From a virus (taxonomy: Duplodnaviria > Caudoviricetes), in IMG/VR virus record IMGVR_UViG_3300033145_001455, positions 1 to 52,581 of that record: a stretch of 52,581 nt of DNA. One strand, written 5' to 3'. This document shows positions 27,609 to 37,480 of this stretch, piece by piece; position 1 is the stretch's first letter; every line of letters begins with the position of its first letter. Below the pieces are notes generated by a model, which was not told the DNA's origin, did no database searches, and saw nothing but the letters and a program-made list of their open reading frames with translations. Both the position numbers and the translations under genes were made by a program.

Positions 27609-29672
27609 ATGTTTGATAGAGTAAAGCATTACTATAGTAAACAAAAAATACAAAGAGAGATTGAGCTTTCAGAATTAGAAATAGATCGGGATAGAATAAC
27701 TGGAGCAAAGAAGCTTGTTAGCGAAGCAAGCAATATGATAACAGATCAGGATGCAGAAAAGGGTTGGAGTATAATTGGGGGTACTGGTAAACTAACACCA
27801 GAGAAGTACTATGAAATGCTTGATTCTGCTTATATACTTTATCATACAAATACTTACGCAAGAGCCATTATTCGTAATTATGTCAAATTTACTTTAGGAA
27901 AAGGGCCATTAATTATCCCTGATGCAGAAGGTGAAGATAAAAAACAATTAAAAGAGGCATGGGAAGAATTTAAAGAAGATAATAAATTTAATCTTAGAGA
28001 AAAAGAAATTGCTGTTCGTGTGTTTAGGGACGGGGAAGTATTTATACGAGAGTACAAGAATGAAAAATCACAAGGAGAAAGAAAATTTACTATTCGTTTT
28101 ATTAGACCGGAAGTAATTAGAAATCCAAAAGATAGAATGGATCTTCCTTCAAATGTTAGTTTTGGGATTAGGACAGATCCAGATGATATTGAAACAGTAG
28201 AATTATATTATATTACAGATGATGATGGAAACTTTAAAACCACATTAGCGCCGGAAGAAGTAATTCATTTTAAAATACTTTCTGACTTTGATCAGAAAAG
28301 AGGTATATCAGTATTAAAGGTTGCAGCAAAAAGGCTTTCTCAATATGACGGCTGGTTAGAAGATAGAATATTTTTAAATAAGATTAGATCTGCTATTGCT
28401 CTTGTAAGGAAAGTCCCCGGAAGCGCAAAGAATTTACAAACAATAAGAGATGATGGCATGAGCGATAGATTATCTCAAGATAGGAAGTATCAGAAAGTTC
28501 CAAGAAGAGGAACAATAATTACTGCTTCTAAGGGAGTAGAGTATGAAATGCTTTCTCCTAATTTGAATGCTACTGATGTTGCTGAAGATGGAAGAGCAAT
28601 GCTGTTGTCTGTTTCTGCTGCAATGGGGTTTCCTGAGATGATCCTTACAGCAGATTATTCAAATGCAAATTATAGTAGTACTTTAATTGCTCAGAATCCA
28701 TTTGTAAGGGAGATAGAAGATTGGCAAGATCAATTAGCTTCTTTATATAAGGAGATATATAAAAGAGTAATTCAATATAATATAGACCACGGAGAATTAA
28801 AAGAAGGAACAAGTACTAAATGTAATGTAGAATTTCCTCCAATGATTCAAGCTGATTTAGAGAAGTTAGCAAAAGCATATGAAATACTTTTTAAATACAA
28901 AGTGGTATCAAAGAAAACATGGCAACAGAAAATGGGGTTAGACCCAGATACAGAAGAAGTAAATATGGAAGAAGAGCCAGATGAATTTGGTGATGGATTT
29001 GATCCAAATAATCCGCAAGTTGGAGGAGGAAGCCAATTTAATTTACCAGATACTCCTATCAATCAATATGGTAGTCAGAAGATAATTGAGATGTTGGAAA
29101 TGGTTAAGAATGAAGATTTTGATTCTCTTATGGAAATGTGTGAAGAAGCAGGTGGTATGCCGGAAGAAGTAGCTCAAAAAATGCATGAGTTTATTTCTAA
29201 TGAACAAGAAGAAAAAATAAATATAGAAAAAGGCAACAAGAAAGATGAAGAAAAAAGAGAACATGAATTGAAGCTTGCGGAGAAGCTACAACCAAATATA
29301 AATGTAAATGTTGATCCAGCAGAAGTAAATATAAATGTTGATCCAGCAGAAGTAAATATAACTACTCCTAAAAACGAAATTAATATTGGCGAAACAAAAA
29401 TCGAACCAGCAGAAGTAAATATAAATGTTGAACCAGCAGAAGTAAAAGTGGAAAATAAATTTGAATCAGAAAAAACAGTAATTGAAAATAAGATAGACCC
29501 TGAAATAAAAATTATAAATGAAGCGCCAACTGTTACTGTAAAGCCTGAAATAAATGTAGATAAAACAGAAGTAAATATAGAGAATATAATAGAGCAAAAG
29601 AAATCTATAAAAAAGGTAAATAGAGATAAGGATGGGGAGGTAATTTCAATAGAGGAGAGTTTTGAAAAATGA
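27609..29672 (+). CDS. Portal protein with repetitive C-terminal extension
   Basis: After terL; FRDGEVFI, IRFIRPE, EEVIHFK, RGISVL, ANYSS motifs typical of portals. Confidence 0.88.
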   Translation: MFDRVKHYYSKQKIQREIELSELEIDRDRITGAKKLVSEASNMITDQDAEKGWSIIGGTGKLTPEKYYEMLDSAYILYHTNTYARAIIRNYVKFTLGKGPLIIPDAEGEDKKQLKEAWEEFKEDNKFNLREKEIAVRVFRDGEVFIREYKNEKSQGERKFTIRFIRPEVIRNPKDRMDLPSNVSFGIRTDPDDIETVELYYITDDDGNFKTTLAPEEVIHFKILSDFDQKRGISVLKVAAKRLSQYDGWLEDRIFLNKIRSAIALVRKVPGSAKNLQTIRDDGMSDRLSQDRKYQKVPRRGTIITASKGVEYEMLSPNLNATDVAEDGRAMLLSVSAAMGFPEMILTADYSNANYSSTLIAQNPFVREIEDWQDQLASLYKEIYKRVIQYNIDHGELKEGTSTKCNVEFPPMIQADLEKLAKAYEILFKYKVVSKKTWQQKMGLDPDTEEVNMEEEPDEFGDGFDPNNPQVGGGSQFNLPDTPINQYGSQKIIEMLEMVKNEDFDSLMEMCEEAGGMPEEVAQKMHEFISNEQEEKINIEKGNKKDEEKREHELKLAEKLQPNINVNVDPAEVNINVDPAEVNITTPKNEINIGETKIEPAEVNINVEPAEVKVENKFESEKTVIENKIDPEIKIINEAPTVTVKPEINVDKTEVNIENIIEQKKSIKKVNRDKDGEVISIEESFEK
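29295..29446 (+). repeat. 27-bp coding tandem repeats (NVDPAEVNI) in the portal C-terminus
   Basis: Perfect 2x27 bp at 29306-29359 plus a second related pair near 29403-29446. Confidence 0.85.
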
Positions 29673-30016
29673 TACTTTCTGAATATGGATTAGAAGTAAT
29701 AAGAGAAGCATTTTTTGGCGGAATATATCCAGAAATAGTTGTTCGGTTATATTTTAATAATATACCCCCAAATAAAAGTAAGGATAGAAAACAATTTAAA
29801 GATTTAGGGGTATATGAATATGAAGTGTTAAATAAACCAGAAATAAAAGTATTGTTTAATTTGGATTCTGTTGGAGAAATATACGGGCATTATATAACAA
29901 GTAATGGAATATGGATTGCTGCTGAAAAATTTATTGATGGGCCATATATTTCGGAAACAAAAAATGATATTTTAGAAATAGAAGTAAATTTTGAATTGAA
30001 GGAGTGTGAACAATGA
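29669..30016 (+). CDS. Hypothetical virion-associated protein
   Basis: ATGA overlap with portal; VRLYFNN...IYGHYI...AAEKFIDGP pattern. Confidence 0.6.
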   Translation: MILSEYGLEVIREAFFGGIYPEIVVRLYFNNIPPNKSKDRKQFKDLGVYEYEVLNKPEIKVLFNLDSVGEIYGHYITSNGIWIAAEKFIDGPYISETKNDILEIEVNFELKECEQ

Positions 30017-30186
30017 TTGTATATCAAACAGGGCCAGAAAAAACAGAGGGTGGGCAAAGAGAGGTAATAGTATCTGATGATAATGCTCAAACTCTTTTAA
30101 ATGGAATATTAAGAGAACTTAAAAAAACAAATATGTATAATTCTTTAATTTCAGATAATGAAATTACAGATATGGAGGTATCATAA
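30013..30186 (+). CDS. Hypothetical 57-aa protein (not in ORF track)
   Basis: RBS AAGGAG, ATGA overlap, MIVYQTGPEK...LNGILRELKKTNMY...EVS. Confidence 0.6.
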   Translation: MIVYQTGPEKTEGGQREVIVSDDNAQTLLNGILRELKKTNMYNSLISDNEITDMEVS

Positions 30187-30187
30187 A

Positions 30188-30769
30188 ATGGGTAATTCAA
30201 TAAGAGATGGGTCTGGGAAAGGGTACGAAGCGAAAGTAACAAAAAATAATAGATTAAATATTTCTGCAAGAGTAGCGAATAGGATTTTTTATAATTCAAG
30301 AGATGATGAGAAAACATTCACTGTTAATGCTGCGCATGAACAGTTAGTAGGTGGTATTGCCGAGGGTATGTGTTATATAAAATATACCGGGAATAATAAA
30401 TTATATCTAAAACAGATATTATTCAATTCAGAAGAAACAGCAGGAGTAACTTCTCCTGTAAGATTTGGTTTGTGGTTAGACCCTACCACTATTGGCGGTG
30501 GGACTACAAGAGCTGCAGTAAATTTAAATACTACTTCTAATTTAATTTCTGACACTGCAATGGTTCATCAAAATAACGCAACAACAGGAGTGACAATAAC
30601 TGGTGGAGACCCAATTGGTACAATAAGGATTGGCGGTATTGGAAATTATACTTATGATTTATTTGGATCGGTAATACTTGGCAAAGATAATGTTTTTGCT
30701 TTAAAAGTAAGAACAGAAAATTCAGGAGTTAGTACTCGTGCAACTATTATGTGGTATGAGGAGGAATAA
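30188..30769 (+). CDS. Putative beta-rich structural protein (paralog of next gene)
   Basis: RBS GGAGGT before ATG 30188; IRDGSGKGYEAKVTKNNRL N-terminus; G/T/S-rich. Confidence 0.65.
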   Translation: MGNSIRDGSGKGYEAKVTKNNRLNISARVANRIFYNSRDDEKTFTVNAAHEQLVGGIAEGMCYIKYTGNNKLYLKQILFNSEETAGVTSPVRFGLWLDPTTIGGGTTRAAVNLNTTSNLISDTAMVHQNNATTGVTITGGDPIGTIRIGGIGNYTYDLFGSVILGKDNVFALKVRTENSGVSTRATIMWYEEE

Positions 30770-30772
30770 AAA

Positions 30773-31330
30773 ATGAAGATAGAAGATGGAACAGGGTCTG
30801 GGAAATTAGTTGGAGTAAATGGGGAGAATAGGATTTTAACAGAAAGTATATCTGCTTCTGTTGAACATCATGTAAATCATCATGCCGGTTTAGCATTTAA
30901 TGTTTTATTTAATGAAACAGCAAATAATGCTTCAAGTTTAATTTTTTATATGAAGAATAGTGATGATATAGATATAACAATAGAGGGCGTTTATACTTAC
31001 AGTAGTGCAGCAGGTAAAATACAAGTTCGACTTGAAGACACTGGGACTCCTTCTGGAACAACTTTATTAACTCCTGTTAATTGTAATGTTGCTTCTGGCA
31101 GTATTGCTTCTGGTGATTTTTATTCTGGAACAAGTATTCTTGGAGTAAATGGTGGGCCTGAAGTACTTAATTTTAGAACTGCTGCTGCTGGAAAGACAGA
31201 GTTTTTTAATTTTGAACAAGATATTATACTCCCTAAAAATAAAACATTTTGTCTTTATTCTGGTGTTTCTGGAATAGCATATGAATGCACAGTTGTATTT
31301 AATTATCATAGCATAGAGGATGTGGGATGA
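30773..31330 (+). CDS. Putative beta-rich structural protein
   Basis: IEDGTGSGKLVGVNGENRI resembles upstream gene; shared IIL(P/G)K motif near C-terminus. Confidence 0.65.
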   Translation: MKIEDGTGSGKLVGVNGENRILTESISASVEHHVNHHAGLAFNVLFNETANNASSLIFYMKNSDDIDITIEGVYTYSSAAGKIQVRLEDTGTPSGTTLLTPVNCNVASGSIASGDFYSGTSILGVNGGPEVLNFRTAAAGKTEFFNFEQDIILPKNKTFCLYSGVSGIAYECTVVFNYHSIEDVG

Positions 31331-32412
31331 TTAAAACAAATATAATTGGTGGAAAATTAAATAAAGAAGCGGAAGTAGTAAAAGATATAGGATCTAATAA
31401 AGGCGCATTATTAGTTGCTGTGAATAAGGCAACTAAATACGAGAACAAAACAAAGTATTTTACCAATCCCACTTATGGTATAAATATGAATCAGAATATT
31501 ACTCTTGGCGGAGTTACTATTGGGGTTCATGATGGAACAGATCATACTTGGTGGACGGCAACTGCTGAATCTGGGGACTGGGATTTTGCAGCAGAAGCAC
31601 AAGCACAAAATGGTACTTATTCTATTTCTGGCGTTAGTACTGGGAATACAAGTGAAGCAAGTTTTGCTCATGCAACTTCACAGGATTTAACAGGGCATAC
31701 TTCTATTCAAGGGTATATTTATATTACTACTTGGCAATCAGATGCAAAGCATGTTAAGATATATGGGTGGGAAACCACTACTCCTGCGATTGTTGGTAAT
31801 TTAGTTAATATTGATGACTATATTAATACTGGGGAATTAAATACTTGGCAATTGTTTACTATCCCATTGGATGATATGGGATTAGAAAATAAAATTATAA
31901 ATCAAATTAGAGTACAAACTGTTGGATTAGGGACACAACCAGATTATTATCTTGATTTAGTTAATATAATTGAAACAGGAACTCCGGCAGAATTTAAAGT
32001 AGAAGCAGATAAAGGAACTTGGCTTCATGTTCATAATTTTAATCTTGTGCTGGCTGATGATTATCCGGGAGTTGTTTCTGACGGAACTATGCCGGATATT
32101 CCATTTGATTCTTTTTTAGGTGTTTCCGGTTTGTCAAGCGGGTTAGTATATCAAAGAAGTAGTGTTGGCGAAATAATTGCTTCTTATAGTATTAAAAATA
32201 CTCTTGATTTTGTAGAATTTCCCGGTTCAAATATTATTTCTTATGGTAGCGATGGAAGTAATTCTTGGTTTAAAATGGAACTTAATTTAACAGAGCCAAT
32301 AATATTAAAATCAGAAGAAGAAGATTATATATCATTTACTTTATCAGAAGATTTAAGCGGTACATCAAGATTTAGAATAATAGCAGGATGCAGGGAAGAA
32401 GAAAGGGAATAA
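31327..32412 (+). CDS. Putative structural protein with carbohydrate-binding-module-like domain
   Basis: NTWQLFTIPLDDM...YYLDLVNI resembles the end of a galactose-binding-like beta-sandwich. Confidence 0.55.
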   Translation: MIKTNIIGGKLNKEAEVVKDIGSNKGALLVAVNKATKYENKTKYFTNPTYGINMNQNITLGGVTIGVHDGTDHTWWTATAESGDWDFAAEAQAQNGTYSISGVSTGNTSEASFAHATSQDLTGHTSIQGYIYITTWQSDAKHVKIYGWETTTPAIVGNLVNIDDYINTGELNTWQLFTIPLDDMGLENKIINQIRVQTVGLGTQPDYYLDLVNIIETGTPAEFKVEADKGTWLHVHNFNLVLADDYPGVVSDGTMPDIPFDSFLGVSGLSSGLVYQRSSVGEIIASYSIKNTLDFVEFPGSNIISYGSDGSNSWFKMELNLTEPIILKSEEEDYISFTLSEDLSGTSRFRIIAGCREEERE

Positions 32413-32901
32413 ATGATAGTAATAAAAGATAAGGATATTCCATTTTCATTACAGTTAGTAAAATCAGATAGTACTTTTGAAGAGCAGGCAACAGTTTCAT
32501 ATACAATAAAAGATAGTTCAGGTAGTAATGTTGTATCGAGTAAATCTGCTTTATGGGATAATACTTTAAAAACTTATTTTGATGAATTGGATATATCAGC
32601 AGATTGGAGCACTCAATCTTCCGGCAATTATCTTCTTGTGTGGAGTGTTACAAATGTTGTTGGTTTTCCTTCTACTATAATTGAAGATTTTGAAGTAATG
32701 GCTGATTTTGGAATGTTGGAAGGTTCTACAACTTTTGAAGAAATGTTTAGAGTTATGTTTTCGGCATTGGCAGGAAAAACAAATGGAAGTAATACTACCG
32801 CACCAAACTTTAGAGATATTGCTGATAGTAAAAATAGGATAGATGCCACAGTAGATAGATATGGGAATAGAACTGCAATTAGTTTCGATGGTAGTGAATA
32901 A
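32413..32901 (+). CDS. Putative virion structural protein
   Basis: Ig-like N-half (SGNYLLVWSV); C-terminal SALAGKTNG...FRDIADSKNRIDATVDRYGNR. Confidence 0.6.
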   Translation: MIVIKDKDIPFSLQLVKSDSTFEEQATVSYTIKDSSGSNVVSSKSALWDNTLKTYFDELDISADWSTQSSGNYLLVWSVTNVVGFPSTIIEDFEVMADFGMLEGSTTFEEMFRVMFSALAGKTNGSNTTAPNFRDIADSKNRIDATVDRYGNRTAISFDGSE

Positions 32902-33161
32902 TGGCATATTTAAGGCCGGGGTATTGGGGGAGGAAGTATTGGGGGCTTGACTACTGGGACATTAATTATTGGCCGGGGTTTCAGTATAAAAGATCACTAC
33001 CAGAAGCATATAAACCTTCACCAGAAGCATTAGATAAAAAATACAAAAGTTTAATTACTTTATGCTTATGTATTGTTGCAAATTATAAGTTTACTCCGGG
33101 AATAATAAAAAAGAAAATACAAGAGTTTATAGATGAAGATTTGTGGTTAAGTGAATTATGA
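32901..33161 (+). CDS. Small protein with YW repeats
   Basis: GYWGRKYWGLDYWDINYWP; TAATG and ATGA couplings. Confidence 0.6.
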   Translation: MAYLRPGYWGRKYWGLDYWDINYWPGFQYKRSLPEAYKPSPEALDKKYKSLITLCLCIVANYKFTPGIIKKKIQEFIDEDLWLSEL

Positions 33162-36100
33162 GTGTAAATAACGAGTTTAGAGATTACTTATTAAGAAGAA
33201 GCCATTACTTATATCGTTTTGAGAATGGGGCGATAAGGGATATGCTTGGCCCAATGAGGCGAGCAGAAAATGAAATGAATAGAAAATTAATGGAGCTTAC
33301 TACTACTGGAACTGGTTATACAAAAGAATGGAGAATACAAAGATTAAATCAGCAAATAGCAGAATCACAAGCATTATGGCAAGCAGCAAATTTTGATGCA
33401 GCAGGAGTACTTCAAGAAAGAATGTATGAAACAGCATTAGCAGAGGGAGCGAGCTTAGAGCGGATGTTATCTGCTCAGTATGGAAAGATAGGAGCAGATA
33501 TAAAAGGATTACCATTTCTTCATATAGATTACATTATAAACAATCCGTTATTAGCAGAAGATATAGGGAGTAAATTAGCAAGAGCAAGTGATTCTGCATT
33601 AAATAGAGTTAGAGGAGAATTAACACAATCTATAATTCAGGGAGAAGATATAGCAAAGGCAACAAATAGGTTAGTACCAATAGTAGGTCAATCATTTACT
33701 AACCCTGCTTATGCACCAACAAGATTAATACAAGGAAGTTTGCCGAGAACCATAAAAGATAGAGCAGAAATGATTGCTCGATCTGAAATACTTTATACTT
33801 CCAACCAAGTAGCAAGAAATATATATCAGAACAATACTGATGTATTACAAGGGGTTATGTATACAGCAACACTTGATAGGAGGACTTGTTTGATTTGCGC
33901 CACAAGTGATGGTAAGATTTATAAGTTTAAAGATGGGGAAGATCATAATGGGCCACTTTTACCTCGTCACCCCCGCTGCCGCTGCACATATTCTCCATTG
34001 ACAAAAAGCTGGGCGCAATTAGAAAAAGAAAACCAAGTAAAGCCGGGAGTATCACAAAAAACAAAAGGTGGATTTGTAAATACCGCTCCAGATGTTGTAA
34101 CTTATGGGCAATGGTTGAAGACTCAGCCAGCAGAAGTAGTAAAAGATATTCTTGGACCAACAAGATATAAAATGTGGAGTGCAGGGGAATTGCAATTAAG
34201 TGAGATGGCAACAAGTAAAAGAATTTATAGCCTTGCAGAATTAAATCAGAAAAGTATTGTTAAGCCAAAGGTAAAGAAAAAGTCTGTTAAAAAAGGAAAA
34301 CCAGTATATGCGAGAGTAGATGCATTAAGTCAAACCCAATTAGAAAGAATGACAGCAAAGCAAGTTAAAGCATGGGAAGAGTTTTCAACTGATACTTACA
34401 AGACAAGAAAGTTTGGTGAGTTAGTAGAAGGTGAAACAGCAACAAAGCTTGGGGCAGACCATATAATAGGAAGAAAACCTTTTGATATGTTTTTTGAGAA
34501 TGAGTTTATTGAACATAAAGTACTTTTTTCCGGGCGTGGTCAAATCAGGATGAAAGCAGATGCAATAAAAAGAAAGAATGATTTTGTAAAAAGGTATAAT
34601 GTCAGACCACATACTGTAGTAGTTGATAGAAGGCCCGGATCACCAACTTATGGAAAGTATTTTTATAGAAAAGGGTTAGGTGATTTTAGCCCACAAACAA
34701 TGACTGAAGTAAAAGATTTTGATCATTTGAAAAGGCTTTTGTTGAAGGGTAAGAAGAGGGAAACTCTTAGCGAAGCAATAGTAAAAGTTCCTAAATCTTC
34801 AACGACTGAAGTAGCTGAAGTTTGGGCAAAGAAAAAGTATAAGCTTGAAGTAGTTGATTATGGTAAGATTGACCCAAAGGTTGGGGACATTATTAATAAA
34901 CATCTTGGTGGAAGTATTGAACAATTAGGAGTTAAGCCAAAAGGTATTTTTGTTGATGAAGGTGTTTTTGTAGGCAAGAATAAAAATGCTGTTGCTATGG
35001 CTTTTGAAGATGGGAGTCTTTACTTTAATCCAAGGGCGTTTAATTCTGCTGAGAAGTTGAGAGATATAATGGAGTACAATTTTAAGATAGGCCAATTCTC
35101 CACTATGTCAGAAGGACATTTGATAAAACATGAGATGGGCCACTTAAAGTATTTTAATATGGGCGGAACCGAAAAAACATCTGCATTGAAATTGACAAAG
35201 ACAATGTTAAAGGATCTTCAGAAAGGAGTAGGGGATGAGAATTTAAAAAGATATGTTAGTGCTTATGCTCGAAAATCACAAGGTGAGTTTTATGCTGAGA
35301 TGACAGCCAAAACACTAAACGGGGAAAGATTACATCCAGCAGTCAAGAAGATAATGCAGGATATGGAAAAGGCATTAAAAAAACTTTCTGTAAATAAAAC
35401 TGTTGAAAGACAAGCGTTGCAGTATAAGAATCTGAAATATAATACTTCAGGGGAACAAAGCGTTAATGAATTTATAAAACAAAGAGATAAATTGCCGAGT
35501 GATTTGAAATCTTTTGTTACTTCATATACGGAAAAAGAGTATAAGGAGATGGGAGCAAAAGTATTCTTATCTGCTGATGGCAAGAGTGGGTATGCTTTAA
35601 CAAAAGAGAAGGATTTGATTTTAGTCTTTTCCCATCCCGGAGCAAAACAAGGTAAGCTTGCAATTATGGACGCTATAAAGAATGGAGCAAAAACTTTAGA
35701 TTGTTTTGATGCGAAGCAATTCAATTTGCCAACTCTTTATGGTAAGTTTGGTTTTAAAGAGTACAAAAGGCTTAAATGGAATACGAAGTATACTCCAGAT
35801 GGTTGGGATTATAAAAAATATGATAACCCAGATGTAGTAATGATGAGGAAGCAAGCCAAAGGTGTAGCAGCAAAAGCAAAGGAAGTAAAATTTACTCCTG
35901 CTAAAACAATTGATGAAGCTATAGAGAAATTATCAAAAGCAATCGGAACAAAAGCAAATAGAATGACTTTTAATGGTATTGATTTAGATGTAGTAAATGA
36001 AATGACGGAAGAAATTATAAAATTAAATAAAAAATTTGGAATAAGACCACAAGATATAAGGACTTATAAAAAAAGAGATAACATTTTTGCAGGATTTAGT

Positions 36101-36619
36101 AGCGGTACAATTAAAATAAATACTAATTATTTAGGAAGTAATAAAGCATATAAAAAAGCATTTTTAAATATAGAAAAGAAAGCAAGCGAATCAATTAAGC
36201 TTTTAGAGAAGATAAAGAAACAAGGTGTCCCGGATAATATGAAAAGACAATTTGAAGAATTAAAAAAGACTGTTGAAGAGTTAAAGAAGTACGATAGAAT
36301 TTTATATGGTAATTCTATAAAAGATGTTATTTCTCATGAAGTAGGACATGCAATTCATAATGGGTGGCATTTAGAAAGAGGGGCGGTAAAAGATAAGTGG
36401 ATTGAAAAAGTAAGAACAGTAACAGCAAAGGTGTTTAAAGATGATAAGAAGTATCAATATCAATTATCACATTATTCATCAACATTATATAGAGATAAGT
36501 TCCCACAAGCTGAATTTTTTGCTGAAAGTTTTGCTGCTTATGCAGATGGGAATGTAAAAATTGTACATCCATTAATGAGAGAATTATTTGAAGAAGTAGA
36601 AAGAGCTGTTAAGAAATAA
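33158..36619 (+). CDS. MuF (SPP1 gp7-like) minor head protein with long multi-domain C-terminal extension
   Basis: RAEMIARSE, ATLDRRTCLIC, PRHPRCRC core; then PFD...EHK, HEMGH, LDCFD...LYGKFGF and HEVGH motifs. Confidence 0.88.
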   Translation: MSVNNEFRDYLLRRSHYLYRFENGAIRDMLGPMRRAENEMNRKLMELTTTGTGYTKEWRIQRLNQQIAESQALWQAANFDAAGVLQERMYETALAEGASLERMLSAQYGKIGADIKGLPFLHIDYIINNPLLAEDIGSKLARASDSALNRVRGELTQSIIQGEDIAKATNRLVPIVGQSFTNPAYAPTRLIQGSLPRTIKDRAEMIARSEILYTSNQVARNIYQNNTDVLQGVMYTATLDRRTCLICATSDGKIYKFKDGEDHNGPLLPRHPRCRCTYSPLTKSWAQLEKENQVKPGVSQKTKGGFVNTAPDVVTYGQWLKTQPAEVVKDILGPTRYKMWSAGELQLSEMATSKRIYSLAELNQKSIVKPKVKKKSVKKGKPVYARVDALSQTQLERMTAKQVKAWEEFSTDTYKTRKFGELVEGETATKLGADHIIGRKPFDMFFENEFIEHKVLFSGRGQIRMKADAIKRKNDFVKRYNVRPHTVVVDRRPGSPTYGKYFYRKGLGDFSPQTMTEVKDFDHLKRLLLKGKKRETLSEAIVKVPKSSTTEVAEVWAKKKYKLEVVDYGKIDPKVGDIINKHLGGSIEQLGVKPKGIFVDEGVFVGKNKNAVAMAFEDGSLYFNPRAFNSAEKLRDIMEYNFKIGQFSTMSEGHLIKHEMGHLKYFNMGGTEKTSALKLTKTMLKDLQKGVGDENLKRYVSAYARKSQGEFYAEMTAKTLNGERLHPAVKKIMQDMEKALKKLSVNKTVERQALQYKNLKYNTSGEQSVNEFIKQRDKLPSDLKSFVTSYTEKEYKEMGAKVFLSADGKSGYALTKEKDLILVFSHPGAKQGKLAIMDAIKNGAKTLDCFDAKQFNLPTLYGKFGFKEYKRLKWNTKYTPDGWDYKKYDNPDVVMMRKQAKGVAAKAKEVKFTPAKTIDEAIEKLSKAIGTKANRMTFNGIDLDVVNEMTEEIIKLNKKFGIRPQDIRTYKKRDNIFAGFSSGTIKINTNYLGSNKAYKKAFLNIEKKASESIKLLEKIKKQGVPDNMKRQFEELKKTVEELKKYDRILYGNSIKDVISHEVGHAIHNGWHLERGAVKDKWIEKVRTVTAKVFKDDKKYQYQLSHYSSTLYRDKFPQAEFFAESFAAYADGNVKIVHPLMRELFEEVERAVKK

Positions 36620-36632
36620 GGAGAAAGTTATA

Positions 36633-36803
36633 ATGTATACACAATGTTTGTTTTGTAAAAATCAACTTTTAGCTAATACTTGTTTTGCCTTCCCAAAAGG
36701 AATACCAGAAGATATTATAATGGGAGATTTTATACATACAAAAGTATACCCAAAGCAAAAGAATGACATAGTATTTGAATCAGTAGAAGAGGAGGAAAAT
36801 TGA
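36633..36803 (+). CDS. Small CxxC...C-AFP-GIP protein, paralog 1 (not in ORF track)
   Basis: RBS AAGGAG; MYTQCLFCKN...TCFAFPKGIPEDIIMGDFIH...IVFE. Confidence 0.75.
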   Translation: MYTQCLFCKNQLLANTCFAFPKGIPEDIIMGDFIHTKVYPKQKNDIVFESVEEEEN

Positions 36804-37081
36804 AAGTAAAGATAAAAAAAGATGGTAGAACAGGAGCAGTAAAGTATGATAAAAAGAATAAAAGTTTTTCTGTTGATTTCCCGGATGATATAGTAGAAGT
36901 TGAAGTGATTGATTTCTTATCAAAGAAGCAAGATTTTTGGATACCAGAAAGCCAAAAGATTGATGACTATAGAATTGATAATAAGTATCCGAAAGAAAGC
37001 GAAATGTACTTTAGTTTGGCGTTATGTACTTTATTTGCAAACACTAATGTTTGGGTTGATTGGAAAACAAAGGAGAAGTAA
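36800..37081 (+). CDS. Hypothetical protein downstream of MuF (candidate immunity protein)
   Basis: RBS GGAGG, TTG start overlapping upstream TGA. Confidence 0.65.
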   Translation: MKVKIKKDGRTGAVKYDKKNKSFSVDFPDDIVEVEVIDFLSKKQDFWIPESQKIDDYRIDNKYPKESEMYFSLALCTLFANTNVWVDWKTKEK

Positions 37082-37326
37082 TGGTAGAGAAAGCAAAAAA
37101 GAAAGATCTTATAAAACCGTTATCTAATTTTAACGCAGTACTACTTGAAGATTTTTTTGGTGAGCTTCAATGTGATAAGTGTATTCATTATATAGAAGCA
37201 GATATTTGTACTGCTTTTCCTGATGGTGGTATTCCTCCTGAAATAATGAGCGGTTCTTTTATTCACAATAAAAAACATTTCGAACAAAGAAATGTAATTC
37301 TTTTTGAAGAGGAGAAAAATGATTAA
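37081..37326 (+). CDS. Small CxxC...C-AFP-GIP protein, paralog 2
   Basis: QCDKCIH...CTAFPDGGIPPEIMSGSFIH...ILFE; RBS AAGGAG favours ATG 37081. Confidence 0.75.
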   Translation: MVEKAKKKDLIKPLSNFNAVLLEDFFGELQCDKCIHYIEADICTAFPDGGIPPEIMSGSFIHNKKHFEQRNVILFEEEKND

Positions 37327-37480
37327 AGATATTCAATGCCGGATATGTAAATTTGGTAATTCGGTGAAACAAGAAGAAGTTGGGTTTGTAATCTTTTTAA
37401 CTTGTAGTGAGTATAAAAAAGGTATTCCGGATTATGTTGAAGAAGTAGAAAAAGATTGTCCAAAGTTTGAGGTCAAGTAA
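37319..37480 (+). CDS. Small CxxC...C-x-GIP protein, divergent paralog 3 (not in ORF track)
   Basis: RBS AGGAG; MIKDIQCRICK...TCSEYKKGIPDYV...DCPKFE. Confidence 0.65.
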   Translation: MIKDIQCRICKFGNSVKQEEVGFVIFLTCSEYKKGIPDYVEEVEKDCPKFEVK

